Positions 11,038-24,286 are shown, numbered from the stretch's first letter. The stretch is DNA of 64,000 bases from Fimicolochytrium jonesii (GCF_025526975.1 NW_026515670.1:620001-684000); one strand, 5' to 3'. Numbers and translations: made by a program. The notes: generated from the letters alone by a model not told the origin.

Positions 11038-12506
11038 TTAGCATGCCATAGGCAAACGCTCCTCCGAACCTGGTTGTGAATGTCCTGAAGAGGTCCTCAT
11101 TCGCGAAAATTCGTCTGCCAAATGCGAAGCCTTCTTCCGCTGGCGGCGTCGGCGCTGGCGGTCAGTGGCGTGCATTTTCCGCATCCAATCGGGAACAAAA
11201 TCCTCGTCGTCGGGGGTGGGCTGGCTTGAAGCGGACGAGGATGAGGAAGGTGTCTGAGGGCCTGACGTCTTTGGGGAACCCTCGTCGTCCGCAGTCTCGT
11301 CATCGAGGTCGTCTTGTTGCTTTGGCTGGTCGTCGGGGTCTTTCTCTCGGTATAAGTTGGACAAGGTATCGTCGAGGCCGAAGCTGTGAGGTTCGCAGAA
11401 ATTGGCGTATAGGAACTCGTCCATCGAGTGGTTGGAGAGCTTGCGAGAAGGTTGCGGCGGCCCGTTTCTGCCCGAACCGTTGGATGCCGTCTCATCATCA
11501 CTGAGATCGTCATCATCTTCTGACTCATCCTCTTTTCCTACCAAAGTCAATGACATTCATAAGGCTCTGGGACTCCAAAGCATAGACCATCACTGAAAAA
11601 GAACGCCCACCAAGTTTCGAGTGACTGGCGTGCTGTGCATTGGTCCTTTTGAGACCAGGAGTGGGTTCTGAATTTGCGCGGTTCAGCTTTGGGGTGGATG
11701 TGCCGGATATCCCTCTTGAGCCATCCCTGGTAGCTCTTCGATGGACCTTTCTCATCCACGCCACGAGGTCTGCATCCGCATGGTCGAAAATGTCGTCTTC
11801 ATCGTCCTCCATATCTTGGTCAACCTGTTCCATCACGTCATTCACCATATCCTCGTACGTCGGCCGTTTCGCCTTCGTTCTGGAACCGGGCGGAGTGGGT
11901 TGCGCCTGATGGGGCCGGCCTCTAAAGTAGCTTTCGTGCTTCTTCTGCATCCAATCTTCCATGTCTTTCATGAGCTCTTCTGCGGTTTTGGCTGGTTTTC
12001 GGAACGTAAACCTGGGGCTTCCGGGTCCACTGCTGGTCCCAGCGACGGGCTTTGTGAGCACCCATCCCCGGAGGACAATCTCCTCGTACGCGTGGTGGAT
12101 GAGACGGAAAGCCTGCCAATGCCATCAAAGCGGTGTCCGTGAATCCCACCTTTTCTCCCGAGCATCTTAATGCGTGGAAAAAAAAAGTGTGCGTTTGTAC
12201 GCTCACCTCCGTCGCAAACGGATGACTGCATCTGTCAGGATGCACCAGCAAAGATTTGTTCTTATACGCACGTCTGGTTTCTTTCAATCTCAAGCGCACG
12301 GCAGTTTCGTCTGTCTTGTAGAAGAGCTCAGGTGCCAGTGCAAGAATCTCTAGGGGCCTTGGGGAGAGCCTTGCGAGGTCTTTCAACCGCTTGAGCTGGA
12401 GGTCAGGAAGCGGGGTTAGCACGCGGGCCAAAAAAGAGCGAAAGAGAAGGAGTCTCGTATCAACCTCGGTTTCAGACTCCTTGGTTAGGGATGGTTCACG
12501 ACGCAT
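11038..12506 (-). CDS. J-domain (DnaJ) protein with long disordered C-terminus
   Basis: RRAYKNKSLLVHPDRC (HPD motif). After intron 12113-12206 the frame reads AFRLIHHAYEEI (helix III). A further intron lies near 11540-11590 (boundaries uncertain). Confidence 0.75.
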
Positions 12507-13783
12507 ATTGAAACCTCGTCGGTGATGGCCGTTTACAGCCTTTGCTATGGGATTTCTTTCAGAATTCTTCGATATTGAGGACAGACTGATGAAAGCGGTG
12601 GGTGATGTTTTCTACATCCTTTTCAACCAGCACTCGCCGCTCTGAACGCAGATATGCGGTCCCATATCACGGGGACGGGGTGTGTAAAGGCTGATATAAT
12701 AGCATACAGTATGCCTGTTAGCCGACAGCGTTCAATATGGGTGGGAAGCCGTGGAACGAGAGGACGGCTGAGCAAGATGGTCTCACGTCATTCGCTGTTT
12801 GTTTGCGTTTAGGCCTTTTCCCTTCTTTTTATGAACGCGTAAACGCAGCCCTCAAATAACGCGTTCAACAAGCGAGAGAAGGCACTGTGCACTGCAGAAG
12901 GCCTAGACTGCCCGACGCGATGAGCCTTTATGTCGTTCTCGCATGCTCGATAGTAGATGGCGAGTTTCAAGCATTGCATGCTGGATCCAACCTGGTCATC
13001 TGGGCTTCAATCTTCTCGATTTTGTTTGCGGCGGTGGTAGGCTGTCTCTATGTCTTGATGGTTTGATGTCACTCCTCTGGGTAGAGGCTCGGCTGTGCAG
13101 AGCGAGAATCACGGACCGGTTTAGGACTAAAATCCTAAGCAGCGGCTTTCGCCAAGGTCGTCTAGCGCATTTGTCCCGTATAATGAGCAGTCCCGAAAGA
13201 AGTGGATCTACGATCTAGATACGCGATGAAAAAAAAAACGATGACACGCACGTTTTCGGGGTTCGCGTCTCCGCGTTTTTTGTCCTTGTCCTCCAAGTTC
13301 GAGGGGTGAACGAAGTTGGAACAGCCAGGTCATCCTTTTTTGTCAAGCAAAAATGGCCGACAAACATCTGCCCCGTATCTGAGGAGTTCCCCAGTCCACC
13401 TTACTGTATTGTAATACTCTTGGGAGCCGTTCGGCTATTGAGAGGGCTCTCGGGAACCTACCTCGCAGCCTTGCTGTCCGAAAAGGCTCGGTACGAAACT
13501 CCGACAACTCGCCTGTTCTATCTATCACGAATTGTACAGATTGGAACGGTCCGCTCGCCACCTCCACTTCGCAACGCCCAGGAAATCAATTCACGATCTC
13601 CTGGCCCTCTTTGGCCTGCTAGCTCGACGCCGTCTTCTCGCCCTCGCCGTCATTACGTCTGAGTTCGAAATTCAAACCGGCTCCAACGTTGTCCACAGGC
13701 CGGGAACGCCTAACGACCTTACGTCCTTCGTCGCATGTTTGGTCTTCCAAATCAAGTCTCCTTCATAAGTTTCAGTAGCCGCA

Positions 13784-15298
13784 ATGCCGGCCCCACGGTG
13801 GACGAAGCGAGTCTTCGACAACGCCCCGCAGTCGGTGACACTCAAAGACGCCGTCCATTCGCTATCCGACGGCGAGACGGAGGAAGAAGAGGATCACGAT
13901 CACATGTTTGCATTCGACAAGGATGAGGTGTTCGATAGTGCCGGCAGTGACTCGGCATCGAACTCGGACACTTTCGATGACCATGATGGGACACCGACAT
14001 TACAACCGTCTCGACGTCCAGCGAGAGGACCATCCAAGCTGAAATACTCTTCGCGAGCTAGCTCTAGGTCCACGGGATCTGCGAATCAGACGCATGATGG
14101 AAACAGCGAGACTCCGAACGGTGTAGAGGCGGTCGGGGAGGGGATGCAAGAGTTGCGGCTGTCATTCGCGGAACCTGCAGACATATCGCAAGTCGTCGAT
14201 ATTCATAATTTCGATGTCAACGAGGAGGAATGTTCCACTGGCGTCGCTGCACCTATTCCGAAGAAGGTGGGGTTGGCAGACTTCGAATTCGTCAGCGTCG
14301 TGGGTCAAGGGGCGTATGGGAAAGTCTTTTTGGTCCGCAAGAAGAAAGTTTCCCCGAACGTCAAGAGCGAATTGTACGCCATGAAGGTCTTGAAGAAAGC
14401 GAGTATTGTTCTGCATGGGAAAGACGCGGAGCACACCCGAAACGAACGCAGCATTTTGGAAGATGTCCGACATCCCTTCATCGTCACGCTGCACTACGCG
14501 TTCCAAACCGCCTCAAAGCTTTATCTGATCCTTGGCTACGCATCGGGAGGCGAGTTGTTTACCTACCTCTCCAAAGAAAGGATGTTTGCGGAAGATGTGG
14601 CGTGTTTTTACGTCGCCGAGCTGCTCTTGGCATTGGAGCACTTGCACGACCTCGGGATCATCTATCGAGATCTCAAGCCTGAGAACGTGCTGTTAAACGC
14701 CAACGGACACGTCTTGCTGACCGACTTTGGCCTATCAAAAGTTGCTCTCGATGCACAGACAGTCTGCGGGACGATCGAATTCATGGCTCCCGAAGTCCTC
14801 GATGACCATCGGAAAGGAGGATACGAGAAAGCGGTGGATTACTGGAGTCTGGGAGTTATGCTTTTCGATATGTTGACCGGATCGCCGCCATTTACTGGCC
14901 ACAATCGCCGGAAAATTATGGACGGGATTTTGAAGAAGAAGGTTGTGTGGCCAAAGTACTTGACACCGCAAGCGCGGGACCTTTGCAACAAACTTCTACA
15001 AAAGAACCCATCGAAGCGTCTGGGTGGAGGCATGTATGGAGCCGCCATGGTGCAAAAGCACCCGTTTTTCAGGAAAGTAGATTGGCAGAAATTGGCCGCT
15101 CTGGAGGTGGAGCCTCCTCTGGTGCCGACTCTCACGAATCCTGAAGATATCTCGCACTTCGACGAATGCTTCACGTCGATGCCGATTGGAGACTCGCCGG
15201 CGGAGCTAGGCATCGGACAAGCAAACCCAGGGGCCGAGGCGGACCCCTTCGAACATTTTGTAGGCTTTAGTTATGTGGCGGAACACCAGTATATGTAG
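13784..15298 (+). CDS. AGC Ser/Thr kinase, S6K/Psk1/Ypk3-like
   Basis: Intronless 504-aa ORF: GQGAYGKV, AMKVLKK, YRDLKPEN, DFG, CGTIEFMAPE, AGC tail with hydrophobic motif FVGFSY. Confidence 0.93.
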   Translation: MPAPRWTKRVFDNAPQSVTLKDAVHSLSDGETEEEEDHDHMFAFDKDEVFDSAGSDSASNSDTFDDHDGTPTLQPSRRPARGPSKLKYSSRASSRSTGSANQTHDGNSETPNGVEAVGEGMQELRLSFAEPADISQVVDIHNFDVNEEECSTGVAAPIPKKVGLADFEFVSVVGQGAYGKVFLVRKKKVSPNVKSELYAMKVLKKASIVLHGKDAEHTRNERSILEDVRHPFIVTLHYAFQTASKLYLILGYASGGELFTYLSKERMFAEDVACFYVAELLLALEHLHDLGIIYRDLKPENVLLNANGHVLLTDFGLSKVALDAQTVCGTIEFMAPEVLDDHRKGGYEKAVDYWSLGVMLFDMLTGSPPFTGHNRRKIMDGILKKKVVWPKYLTPQARDLCNKLLQKNPSKRLGGGMYGAAMVQKHPFFRKVDWQKLAALEVEPPLVPTLTNPEDISHFDECFTSMPIGDSPAELGIGQANPGAEADPFEHFVGFSYVAEHQYM

Positions 15299-15611
15299 AT
15301 AAATGTCACCTCGCGGCAGTTTTGGTATATATGATTCGAATACCCATTGTTCCTATTGCATTTTCATATCCATCTGTACATGACGACAAACCTCGGTTTC
15401 TGGGTTCTTCCATCGTTCCTACTGCCGTTTATGTCACATTTGTCGCGTCTGCGGTATGGTCTCACGAGTCACCGGACGGACTCCTAAGGATCCCGGTTTC
15501 CTCATCTTGAGATCAACAGAACACCGAAAATCACGGGGGCCTGTTCTTGTGTACCTTTGTTGCCTCTGCTTTCACCGCCCGTTTCGTTGAGCAAGGCGTT
15601 CGTTATCCACC

Positions 15612-18302
15612 ATGCTACGGTTCGAGGATTGGTTTTGGGGAACTCCAGGTAAGATCATAATAACCTCTGAGCGACTCGTGATGCTCCTTTTACCGAAGAT
15701 GAACGCACTTTGTAGCGGACCCGACGGCTGGGGTCAAAATCCTGCACGAGCATCATATCATGGTATGCAGACTTCGGACAGCTTTTCTCTGCTCGATTCG
15801 TAACTCAGTCTTCTTTTCGACAGGGTTTGGCGGAGCTGGAAGAGCTGAACCAGTTTCTCAAGCTTCGAGTGGCCGCTGAAGAAGCATACTGCACGAAACT
15901 AGCGGACTTGAGCAAATCGAAATCCCGAGCGGATGGATTCGGGAAGGACGAGTCACTTCTGTCGCAGATCTTCGAAAACTCCAAAGAGGTGGGATTTTTC
16001 ACGCAAGCTGTTTTCATCATCGGGACGACGATGTTCTCACGGGCATGAAGTAGGAGATGTCCAATCTGGGCGGCTCGCATAGACGGGTCATAGAGGAGAT
16101 ATCCAACACCATGCAAACCGTGCAGCACTACCTCGATGAAAGTAAAAAGATCTTCGAAGTGCGGAAGGAGAAGATCGATGCTGCATCCAAGCAGTTGGCG
16201 ACGCAGCGATCTGAGCTGGATGCGCTACAAGCAGATTACCTGGGGAAATGCAAAGTCGCTGATGAAGAAGAGAGCAAAGTGGATCACGTCGAGGACGAGT
16301 TGCCAGCAATGGATGTCATGATAAATGTCGGCGCGCGACTGTTCACCGTCGAGGATTTCAACACGCTACTGGCGCGAATGCAGCGGGACCTGAAAACACA
16401 GGTAACTTCCTCTGTTTACCGGATAGCCGGCGCTTCGCAAGCATAACCTGACAGATTCTAGGATATCAGATCCATCTGGGGAACGACTAAAGATGTCATC
16501 GTTGGAAAGGACATTGCCGAGTACCTAGGGACATATTTGCGAGTCGATGAGAAGGAGTCCGCGGAAATCTTGATTCACCTCATCAATGAAGGCTTCTTCC
16601 GCCCGACGCATCGCATTTCCGTGACCAGCCTCACTTCCACAAATCTCAACCCATCCCAAACGTATGTCTGGAAGCGGTACGCAATCGAAACAGAGCCGAT
16701 TCACCGTAAAGCGCGTAGAGAGGCAGATCGTGCGGACTTTGCTTACCGCAAGGCTGTGACCGCAACGGAAGAGACCCGGTCCAGCCTGGAGCTGCAGTGC
16801 TGGGAGTACATGCACACAATGCAAGATGCTGAGTTGCGGCGGATTGAGTTGGTCAAGCAGACATTGGGTCGCGTGAATAAGTCGCATGAGATTGTGGTGG
16901 AAGGACTTAGAATGCATGGAGGTCATCAGGCGGTGTATCTGGAGATGCTGAGACCGCAGAAAGAGGTGGATATTTTGACTGAGAGGCTGAGGACGGGAAA
17001 CATCAGGATCGCGCCGGTCGTGTACAAGAATGCGTATTCGGGCTTCGATAGTGGTCTGGTATGTCCGCTGCAAAAGCATTGGCTGGAAGCGGGAGAAAGG
17101 TACCTAACCATGACCTGCAGAGCACGACCGGCGTACCTTTGGAGGAAAACGCCCCAGCCGGCTCACAGAGCCTGCCTCCTTTCCTACGCAAGTGCTTAAC
17201 CGTCGTAAAGGAGGGTCGAGAGAAGGGAGCGTTGCTCCCAGCGGACGAATTTTCGCTCTGGATAACACCAAGTCCGCCGCCTCAATCCTTCCCCGACCTA
17301 CACAAACCTATGGCGCCCCCGCTCATGATCCCAATGATCAAACAGTATCTCTATCATCTCCCGCAATCCCTTGTGCACCCTGAGATTTACGATCCGCTAA
17401 AGCTGCTGTACCTGTCCAAAACCGATGAAGAGGAACATCATGGACGCGTGGGCAGCTTGAGATCACTGTTGGGAGTCATGCCCTTAATTCACTGGAAAGC
17501 GACGAAGGAGCTCACGGGCCTCCTGCATGAGTTGATGCTGTCTTTTCCCGGGGATGACCAAAAGATTTTGGATCTTGCGGGTTCTTTGGGATCGGCGATA
17601 CTGAGACCAATGGTAAGTGTGGTTTGGGTTGATCCAGTCTGCTTCGGGTTCCGCGACTGACTGACCTTTGGTTCAAGGCTCCGACTGCTGTCACTCTGCA
17701 TGATAAGCATCCAGTGCGATTGATGAAGGTAATACATTTCTATGCTTTTGTGCCGGCTGGGACTCGACAAATCGAGTGCGTCATCGCTTCTGACGACATG
17801 CCCGCCCACCCCATCCCACAGGATTTGCTCGTGCATCACCCAAAAATCTTCTCCACATCACAAACCGACCGCCGACGCCCCAAGCCAGCAACAAACGGCG
17901 AAACAAGCTCCCTTCTAGACGTCGATCTTGACTCGGACTCCCGTTCACATCGATCGCGGTCACGAAGCCGCGGCCGTCCTGTCGCGGGCATGGATGCCGA
18001 CAGTGACGATGAACTGGACATCAGGGTCTCTGTGGATGGCGTTGTGACGAGCCGGACGGGGAGTGCAGCTAGTCTGATGACAGACGGAGGGATATCGAAT
18101 CCGACGCCCGCTTTGAGCATGGAGTCGTTTCATTCAGGGGATGGTGCCGGTGTCCTGGCCGGATTGAAACTTGTGGAACATGGGGATGAAGAGGTAAGTT
18201 GGCCGGTCTTTCGTCTCCCTTTTGCAGTTGTGGGCCTGACATACAAAATTCACGATCCCCCAGGATATTGACGTTTTCGGAGGCAGCGTTGAGCGCGCAT
18301 GA
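15612..18302 (+). CDS. F-BAR (FCH) + DEP-like + divergent RhoGAP-like protein, multi-exon
   Basis: N-terminal FEDWFWG and LNQFLKLRVAAEEAYCTKL (FCH). ARREADRADFAYRKAV...EETRSSLE coiled coil. IKQYLYHLPQSLV and LGSAILRP (RhoGAP-like). GT-AG introns link the ORF pieces. Confidence 0.75.
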
Positions 18303-19322
18303 CAGGGATCCCAACCCCGAGACGTATAAGTAGCTTCCTCAGCAGTACGATGACAATTAGATTATAGCAAGAGAATCTTCTACTTGTATTTAGGATTTTG
18401 CTTTCTGTACTTAATTACCTGTTCCATTTCCGGAAATGTCGTGGATTTTAGTTCTACATTACATACGTGGGTTATGGACATACTGTATTTACGGATGTTT
18501 ATAGCTGCCATATCGCCTACGCGTGAAAGCAAAATTATGTTCGCTCGCAGAGACCTGACGAATACCCCGAGAGATTTTTGCATGTCGTTGCATTTCGGGT
18601 GAGCAACGCGTTGCTGTGAGCGGTATGGATTGACGCGATTTCCCCTCCTCATCGCATTCCCACCATGCAGGCAGGCTGTTCAAAAGTGGCTTTAGACTAC
18701 ACGGTTAGCGCCACATGCTGGGCGTTCGGGGCCGGGGTGGAGCGGCGGGGGTGATGGTCGAATTGGGATGCGATGGTCGGAGGTCCTTGACCGGTTACGC
18801 TCGAATCCTATAGTGGGTGAAGAGGAAAGACGAGATCGACATAGAGCCCTGTAATCGATCCTTCATCCGGTTTGGTAAAAGCAAAGAGACATGGGCTTTA
18901 TAATGTGAGCCGGGTAACGTTTCATGTCATTCTTCTTGGACGGGGGAGCCGCAACAGACATCCTGAATAGGAAAGAAGTCGGGAGGACCAGCTACCCGGC
19001 TGTGAGTGACGGCGAACGAGGACGGAAGCATCTTTTACCCGTTGCTTTCGAAGCTTCGTTGCCTCCTGCTTTCGAAGTTGCCTCCTGCTTTCGAAAGCCC
19101 GTGTGAAATCAAAACCAGGGGAATTCAACCCAGCTGACGGACTTTCAAGACCCAGTGACTTCAAAATCCAGGGGTTTTTGCTCAGCTGATGCTTTCCGCC
19201 CAGGCTCTCGCGAGGCCCGGTAACTTTGGAAATCGAGGGGATCTAGGAGTTTTCGCTGACGCCCCTTCCTCCTTATGCTATGGTGCGCGTGAGTCCGCTT
19301 ATGCGAGGAGAATGCGTATATA

Positions 19323-19402
19323 GCTCATCGCCGACAAGCAGCCAGATTAAAATGACAATACGACAGCTCACGTGACGTTTTGAGGAAACGATCGAGCACG
19401 TG
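19323..19402. promoter_or_regulatory. PAC-like motif plus two CACGTG E-boxes upstream of nucleolin
   Basis: GCTCATCGC (reverse complement GCGATGAGC) at 19323-19331; CACGTG at 19369 and 19397; 240-320 bp upstream of the ATG. Confidence 0.4.
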
Positions 19403-19644
19403 ATGCGTCTCTGATTTATCTTTTTTGGTTGAGTTGTGGCATTACAAAGGGGGATCGACAAGTGAGATCGACAAAGAAATAAAACCCGTCAAGAATAAAA
19501 AGTGAACACGGGGAAAAGGGAAAGGAAAGGACAGAGGGAAGAAAAAGGCAAGCATCAAAAACCTGCTGGGCTCGCTCTTGTTTTCTTCTCGTCCCGCAAC
19601 CTGCAATCCCTCAACACTCCTCTACCACATCACACAACATAGCA

Positions 19645-21409
19645 ATGGCTAAGAAGGACACCAAGGTTGCCAAGGTCGCTGCGGCGGCTGCCCCCGTCAA
19701 GGCAAGCAAAAAGGTCGTGAAGAAGGAGAAAGAGGTGAGTTGTGAAGGCCCCCAGGGTGCACTTTCCTTGTATTTTCAAAAGGTGTGCCATACCTTGTCT
19801 GCGCGAAAAATGGGGCATGCGATTGAACTGTTGCATTGTCTGCACTGAATAGGTGAAGAAGGTTGTTGCCAAGCCTGTTGAATCCTCCAGCGATGACTCG
19901 TCTTCCGAGTCGGAAGCTGAGAAGGAGAACGTCAAAGCTGCCCCCAAGGCTGCCGCAAAGGCGGAAGAGTCTAGCAGCGATGACTCGGACAGCTCCTCTG
20001 ATGAGGAAGAGGCCAAGGAAGTGAAGACCAACGGCAAGGCCGCCGCCAAGAAGGAAGAGTCTGACTCTGACTCTGACTCGTCCGACCAAGAGGAGAAGGC
20101 CGCCCCGGCCGCCGCCGTTAAGGAGGAGTCCGACGAAGAGTCTTCCGACGACTCTTCCGACGAAGAGGAGGAGAAGGTTGAGGTCAAGACTGAGAAGCGT
20201 AAGCGTGACGCTGACGCCGAGAGCTCCGAGGAGGAGAGCTCCGACGAGGACGAGGAAAAGCCTGCCAAGAAGGTCAAGGCTGAAGACGACTCCAGCAGCG
20301 ACGACTCCTCCTCCGAGGAGGATGAGGACGAGGAGAAGCCTAAGAAGCGTGAAGCCGAGCCCGCCACCCAGCAGGCTGCCAAGAAGGCCAAGACTGAGAA
20401 CGGTGCCGTTACAACGGCAGAAGCCTCTGACGAGTCTACCACCGTCTTCATCGGCGGTCTTGCCTGGGCCTCCACTGAGGACTCCATCAAGGAGGCTTTT
20501 GCCGAGTGTGGTGAGATCGACAGTGTTCGCATCATCACCGACCGTGAGACCGGAAAGTCCAAGGGGTAAGTTTGAACACTATTTTGTTCCACTTTCTAGC
20601 CGGTCCGTACTGACGCGGCATCGTACGCACTAGTTTCGGTTACATCGAGTTCAAGTCCGCCGAAGCTGCCAAGAAGGCCTGCGAATGGAACGGCAGCGAG
20701 CTCGACGGTCGCGCCATCAAGGTCGACATCTCCACTCCCCGTGCCGACAAGTCTGCGCCCGGTGGTCGTAACGGCCGCGTTGAGGCTCCCAAGTCCACCC
20801 CTGCTACCACGCTTTTCATCGGAAACTTGAGCTTCAGCGTCACCGAGGACGTTGTTCGTGACACTTTCAGCGCTTACGGCGAGGTTGTCCACATCCGTCT
20901 GCCAACTGACCGCGAGACTGGTAACCCCAAGGGTTTCGGTTACGTTGAGTTCGGTGACATCGACACTGCTACCTCCGCTCTCCAGGGCCTGAACGGCACT
21001 GACGTTGAGGGCCGTAGCATCAGGATCGATTACGGTATGCCCTCGTCGCTAGAATTTGACATGCTACCGCTGTTCGTAACCTGTCCCTTCTTTTCTAGCT
21101 GGTCCCAAGCCCGACAACGCTGCTGGAGGGGGCGGTGGTTTCCGTGGTGGCCGTGGTGGTCGTGGCGGCTTCGGGGGCGACCGCGGTGGTCGCGGTGGCC
21201 GTGGCGGCCGTGGTGGCTTCGGCGGCGACCGTGGCCGTGGTGGCCGTGGAGGCCGTGGAGGCGCCCGTGGTGGATTCCGTGGAGGTCGTGGTGGCGCACC
21301 AGCCTTCGCCGGCAAGAAGGTATGCATTAAAAACATCCGTAGCTCGCCCTGTGTTCATCGGATACTAATCCTTGCATCCTTTCAGACTACCTTCAACAAC
21401 GATGATTAG
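19645..21409 (+). CDS. NSR1: Nucleolin-like protein Nsr1/Gar2
   Basis: Acidic Ser/Lys-rich N-terminus; two RRMs (VFIGGL...KG/FGYIEF; LFIGNL...KGFGYVEF); RGG/GAR tract 21130-21295; C-terminus FAGKK/TTFNNDD; 5 introns. Confidence 0.93.
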
Positions 21410-22167
21410 ATTATCCGCTCCATCGTTGCGGTCGTCGGAAATTTTGGACACACTGGCCCATGAATCTGTTCACTAAGACCTATGAACGCTAAACGCAAGG
21501 GGGGCGATATAACCTCACCGCGCGCCGCAATACTTAAGCACAAAACCAATAATTCCGCCCAGCAACCCGTCCTAGATCCGTCTGGAGTATCACGGCTGGC
21601 ACGTGGAAAGTGCGGGAATGTCTCTGTCCCGCCCACTCGATTTTCGCAGTCTTCTTATTTAATGCATTCCATCCTGTGTATCATAGTTTTTTATTTTGCA
21701 TATGCATTTTTTCTCAATCATATTCGAGTCCTCTGAAATTCCGCTTTTGCCCTTGTTTGCCTGTGCGTGTACCATGTGAATCTTACGTCTTCGAGTCTTC
21801 CCTTCGTCAAGTCTCAGACAGGGTCCTCAATTCTCGGCATTATATTGATTCTCTACAGATAATGAAAGCGCATTTGGGGTGATTGTACGGTTGCCAACTC
21901 CTGAATGTGCACCACTCCCAGTGCAGGGTAGAAAGTTGTTTCTTACAGGCTCACGATTGTTGGCGATTGGACCAAGGGGTGATATTCAAAAAAGGCATCT
22001 GCACAAAGCTAAGGCAAAGAATTATATACAGGACTATGACGAAAGCGACAAAGGAAGTATGCAAACGGTGAACTTGCATGGGTATTAAAATGAGGTCTCT
22101 GTACTAGTACGCCGAGAAAAAGGCATCGCCCAAAAAAGAAAAGAGGAACCGAGGAAAAAAGCTTCCA

Positions 22168-23788
22168 TCACGTCTTATTCGTATCAGACCGCACGGAGTT
22201 GGTCACGGACAGCCTTCTCCCAGGCTCATACGTGGGCTGTCTCAGCAGCCTCTGCGCTTCCTGCTCCTGCCCCTGCTCATACGCGCCATACTCCACCCCG
22301 CTCTCCTCCGGCGGCGGCTCAATCACAGCTATGAACGAGTGATGCGGGTTAGGCGAGCTAACCACCACCGTCGTGTGCTCCGGTAACGCCCACTGCGTTG
22401 GGTCGTAGTACGCCGCGAGCGATGTGGAGGAGAACCGGTTGCCGCGGGGATGTGCGACGGACGGGATCAGGCGCGGGAACGAGGCGGCTAGTGGGCGGCC
22501 TTCGCCGGGTAGGATCTCGTCGATGGGGTGCGGGAGCGGGCTTATGCTCGGTGATGGTGTTGGCGAGTATTTGGTGCTGCCGTCTGCGTCGATGCAGATT
22601 TCTTCGACGTGGATTCCCGGAACGCCGCCGGGTGAGAGTGGGCGAGTTGAGAGTGCGCCTGGCGGTGGTGGGAGGGTGGAATTGCGTAATTGATCCATCT
22701 TGCTTTTCCGCCGCGTTTTTCGGGACAGGATGCTATACTTGTCGTGACGGACCAGGATCAACTTCCCTAAGAAAAACAGCGCGACGACGAGGATAACGGC
22801 GATCATCGTGATGCTGATGATGCCCCCGGGCCTCTGCGTGAATGGCCGGTCGTCCGTCGGTGAAAAATTCGCCGGATCGGTTGTTGGGATCGCGGCGGCG
22901 GCGGGGAGGGATGTGCTCAACGCCCCTGGAGTGTCCGTCGCGTCCACCCAAACTACGGTGCTGACCGTGCGACGGACGGGCTTGGGGCCAGATGTATCGT
23001 CGATCGTAACGACCACTGTTCGAGGGATCGTACGCGCTGGTGCATTCTGGATAGGGGTGTTTGCCGGTGGTGCGGACGTTAATGGTGGCGAGGGATTTGC
23101 TGTTGGTCGTGTTGACTCTGGCGGTGGTAGATCCGTCGTGCTGGGTGGTAAGGCTGATGTTGGAGGTTCGGGTGAAGAGGTTGGCGGCCGCGATGGCGGT
23201 GGGCTGCCACTTTGGGATGGGGTTGCCGGTGGTTCATCTGTCGATGTGGCCTGTGGTGAGGATTGTGATTCACGCTTAGTCGTTGAGGGCTTCGGCGGAG
23301 GAGTATCGGAAGGATCACTCACGGTTTTCGTGGGCCTGGGATCGGCGGCATCGGATGGGCCCGTTCGGCTTGTGTCAGCCATCGGTGTGCTTGATGGTCG
23401 GCCTTCTGGGGGCGTCGTCCGTGGCGGTGGTGTTGGTTCTGATGAGGATTCGTCTGGAAGAGGTATATCTGGTCTGGGTATATCGGTAGGCGGTTCGTCC
23501 CGGGGATTGTCGAGAGTCGTGGCTTCAATCTTGGCGGTGTGTTGCGAGGGAGACGTCGACATCTGGCGTCTTGCTCATACGTACAACGTCATGAGATTCG
23601 GGAAGGAGGATTCGGGCGTTATACGTTGGATTGGGACGCCAAACGAGCCCCCTCAGCGGAGCGGGAGACAAGTCTGCTTTTTATACCTCCGGCTGTCTTC
23701 CGAAAATGCTTCTTTTCTCGGCAAATGGCAACTGGATATGGATTATGTTGGCCGCGGCGACGAGCAAGAAGGTTTTGACCACTTTCAT
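22168..23788 (-). CDS. Ser/Thr/Pro-rich single-pass membrane protein (mucin/Mid2-like architecture)
   Basis: 464-aa ORF with TM segment IISITMIAVILVVALFFLG followed by basic residues. Candidate signal-peptide exon 23687-23788 (MKVVKTFLLVAAANII...) joins in frame through a GT-AG intron at 23563-23686. Confidence 0.7.
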
Positions 23789-24286
23789 GTGCCATTGCGT
23801 GCATCCATGCGTGTCGCCAGCGTACAATCTGGCAGTGGGAACCATCGATACGGTAGCAGGCTCGTAGGCGCCTCAAGGTGCTTCAGAGCTTCGTCATTCT
23901 TCATCATACAATCACCACCGGCAGCCGCTTGGAGAGCCTCCACTACCGAAGTAAAGACCGGTATGTTTGAACCGTTCTCTGGTTCGTCATCGACTCGTCA
24001 AAGGCATGAGACGATAGAGACGATCTTCGTCCTTCACCGGGGCCGGGAAGGCAACAAGTGTCGAATGTTCAAAGACATGATAACAAGAAGGGACGATCTT
24101 TGCCTTGTTCGACGCACACAAGTGGTCTGGGCCCCAAAGGTCCAACGGCGCAACGGACTCAAACGTGGTAGACTTTCTGGGAATTCATGAATTCCTCAGA
24201 CGTAGGCAAAGGTGCTCACGTCACCAATGCACCGCGAAGGAGGCGACACCGCTGTCCGTCATCGCCGCTGCTCCCCAATGCTTCTG

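Noticed and set aside
12833..12867. Paired ACGCGT (MCB-like) sites forming a small inverted repeat
   Set aside because: Six-mers are common in this CpG-rich sequence, and the neighbours are not obvious G1/S genes.
19630..20592. 320-aa Ser-rich minus-strand ORF
   Set aside because: Antisense shadow of the nucleolin acidic region.
22808..24190. 460-aa Gly/Val-rich plus-strand ORF
   Set aside because: Antisense shadow of the Pro/Thr/Ser-rich membrane protein.
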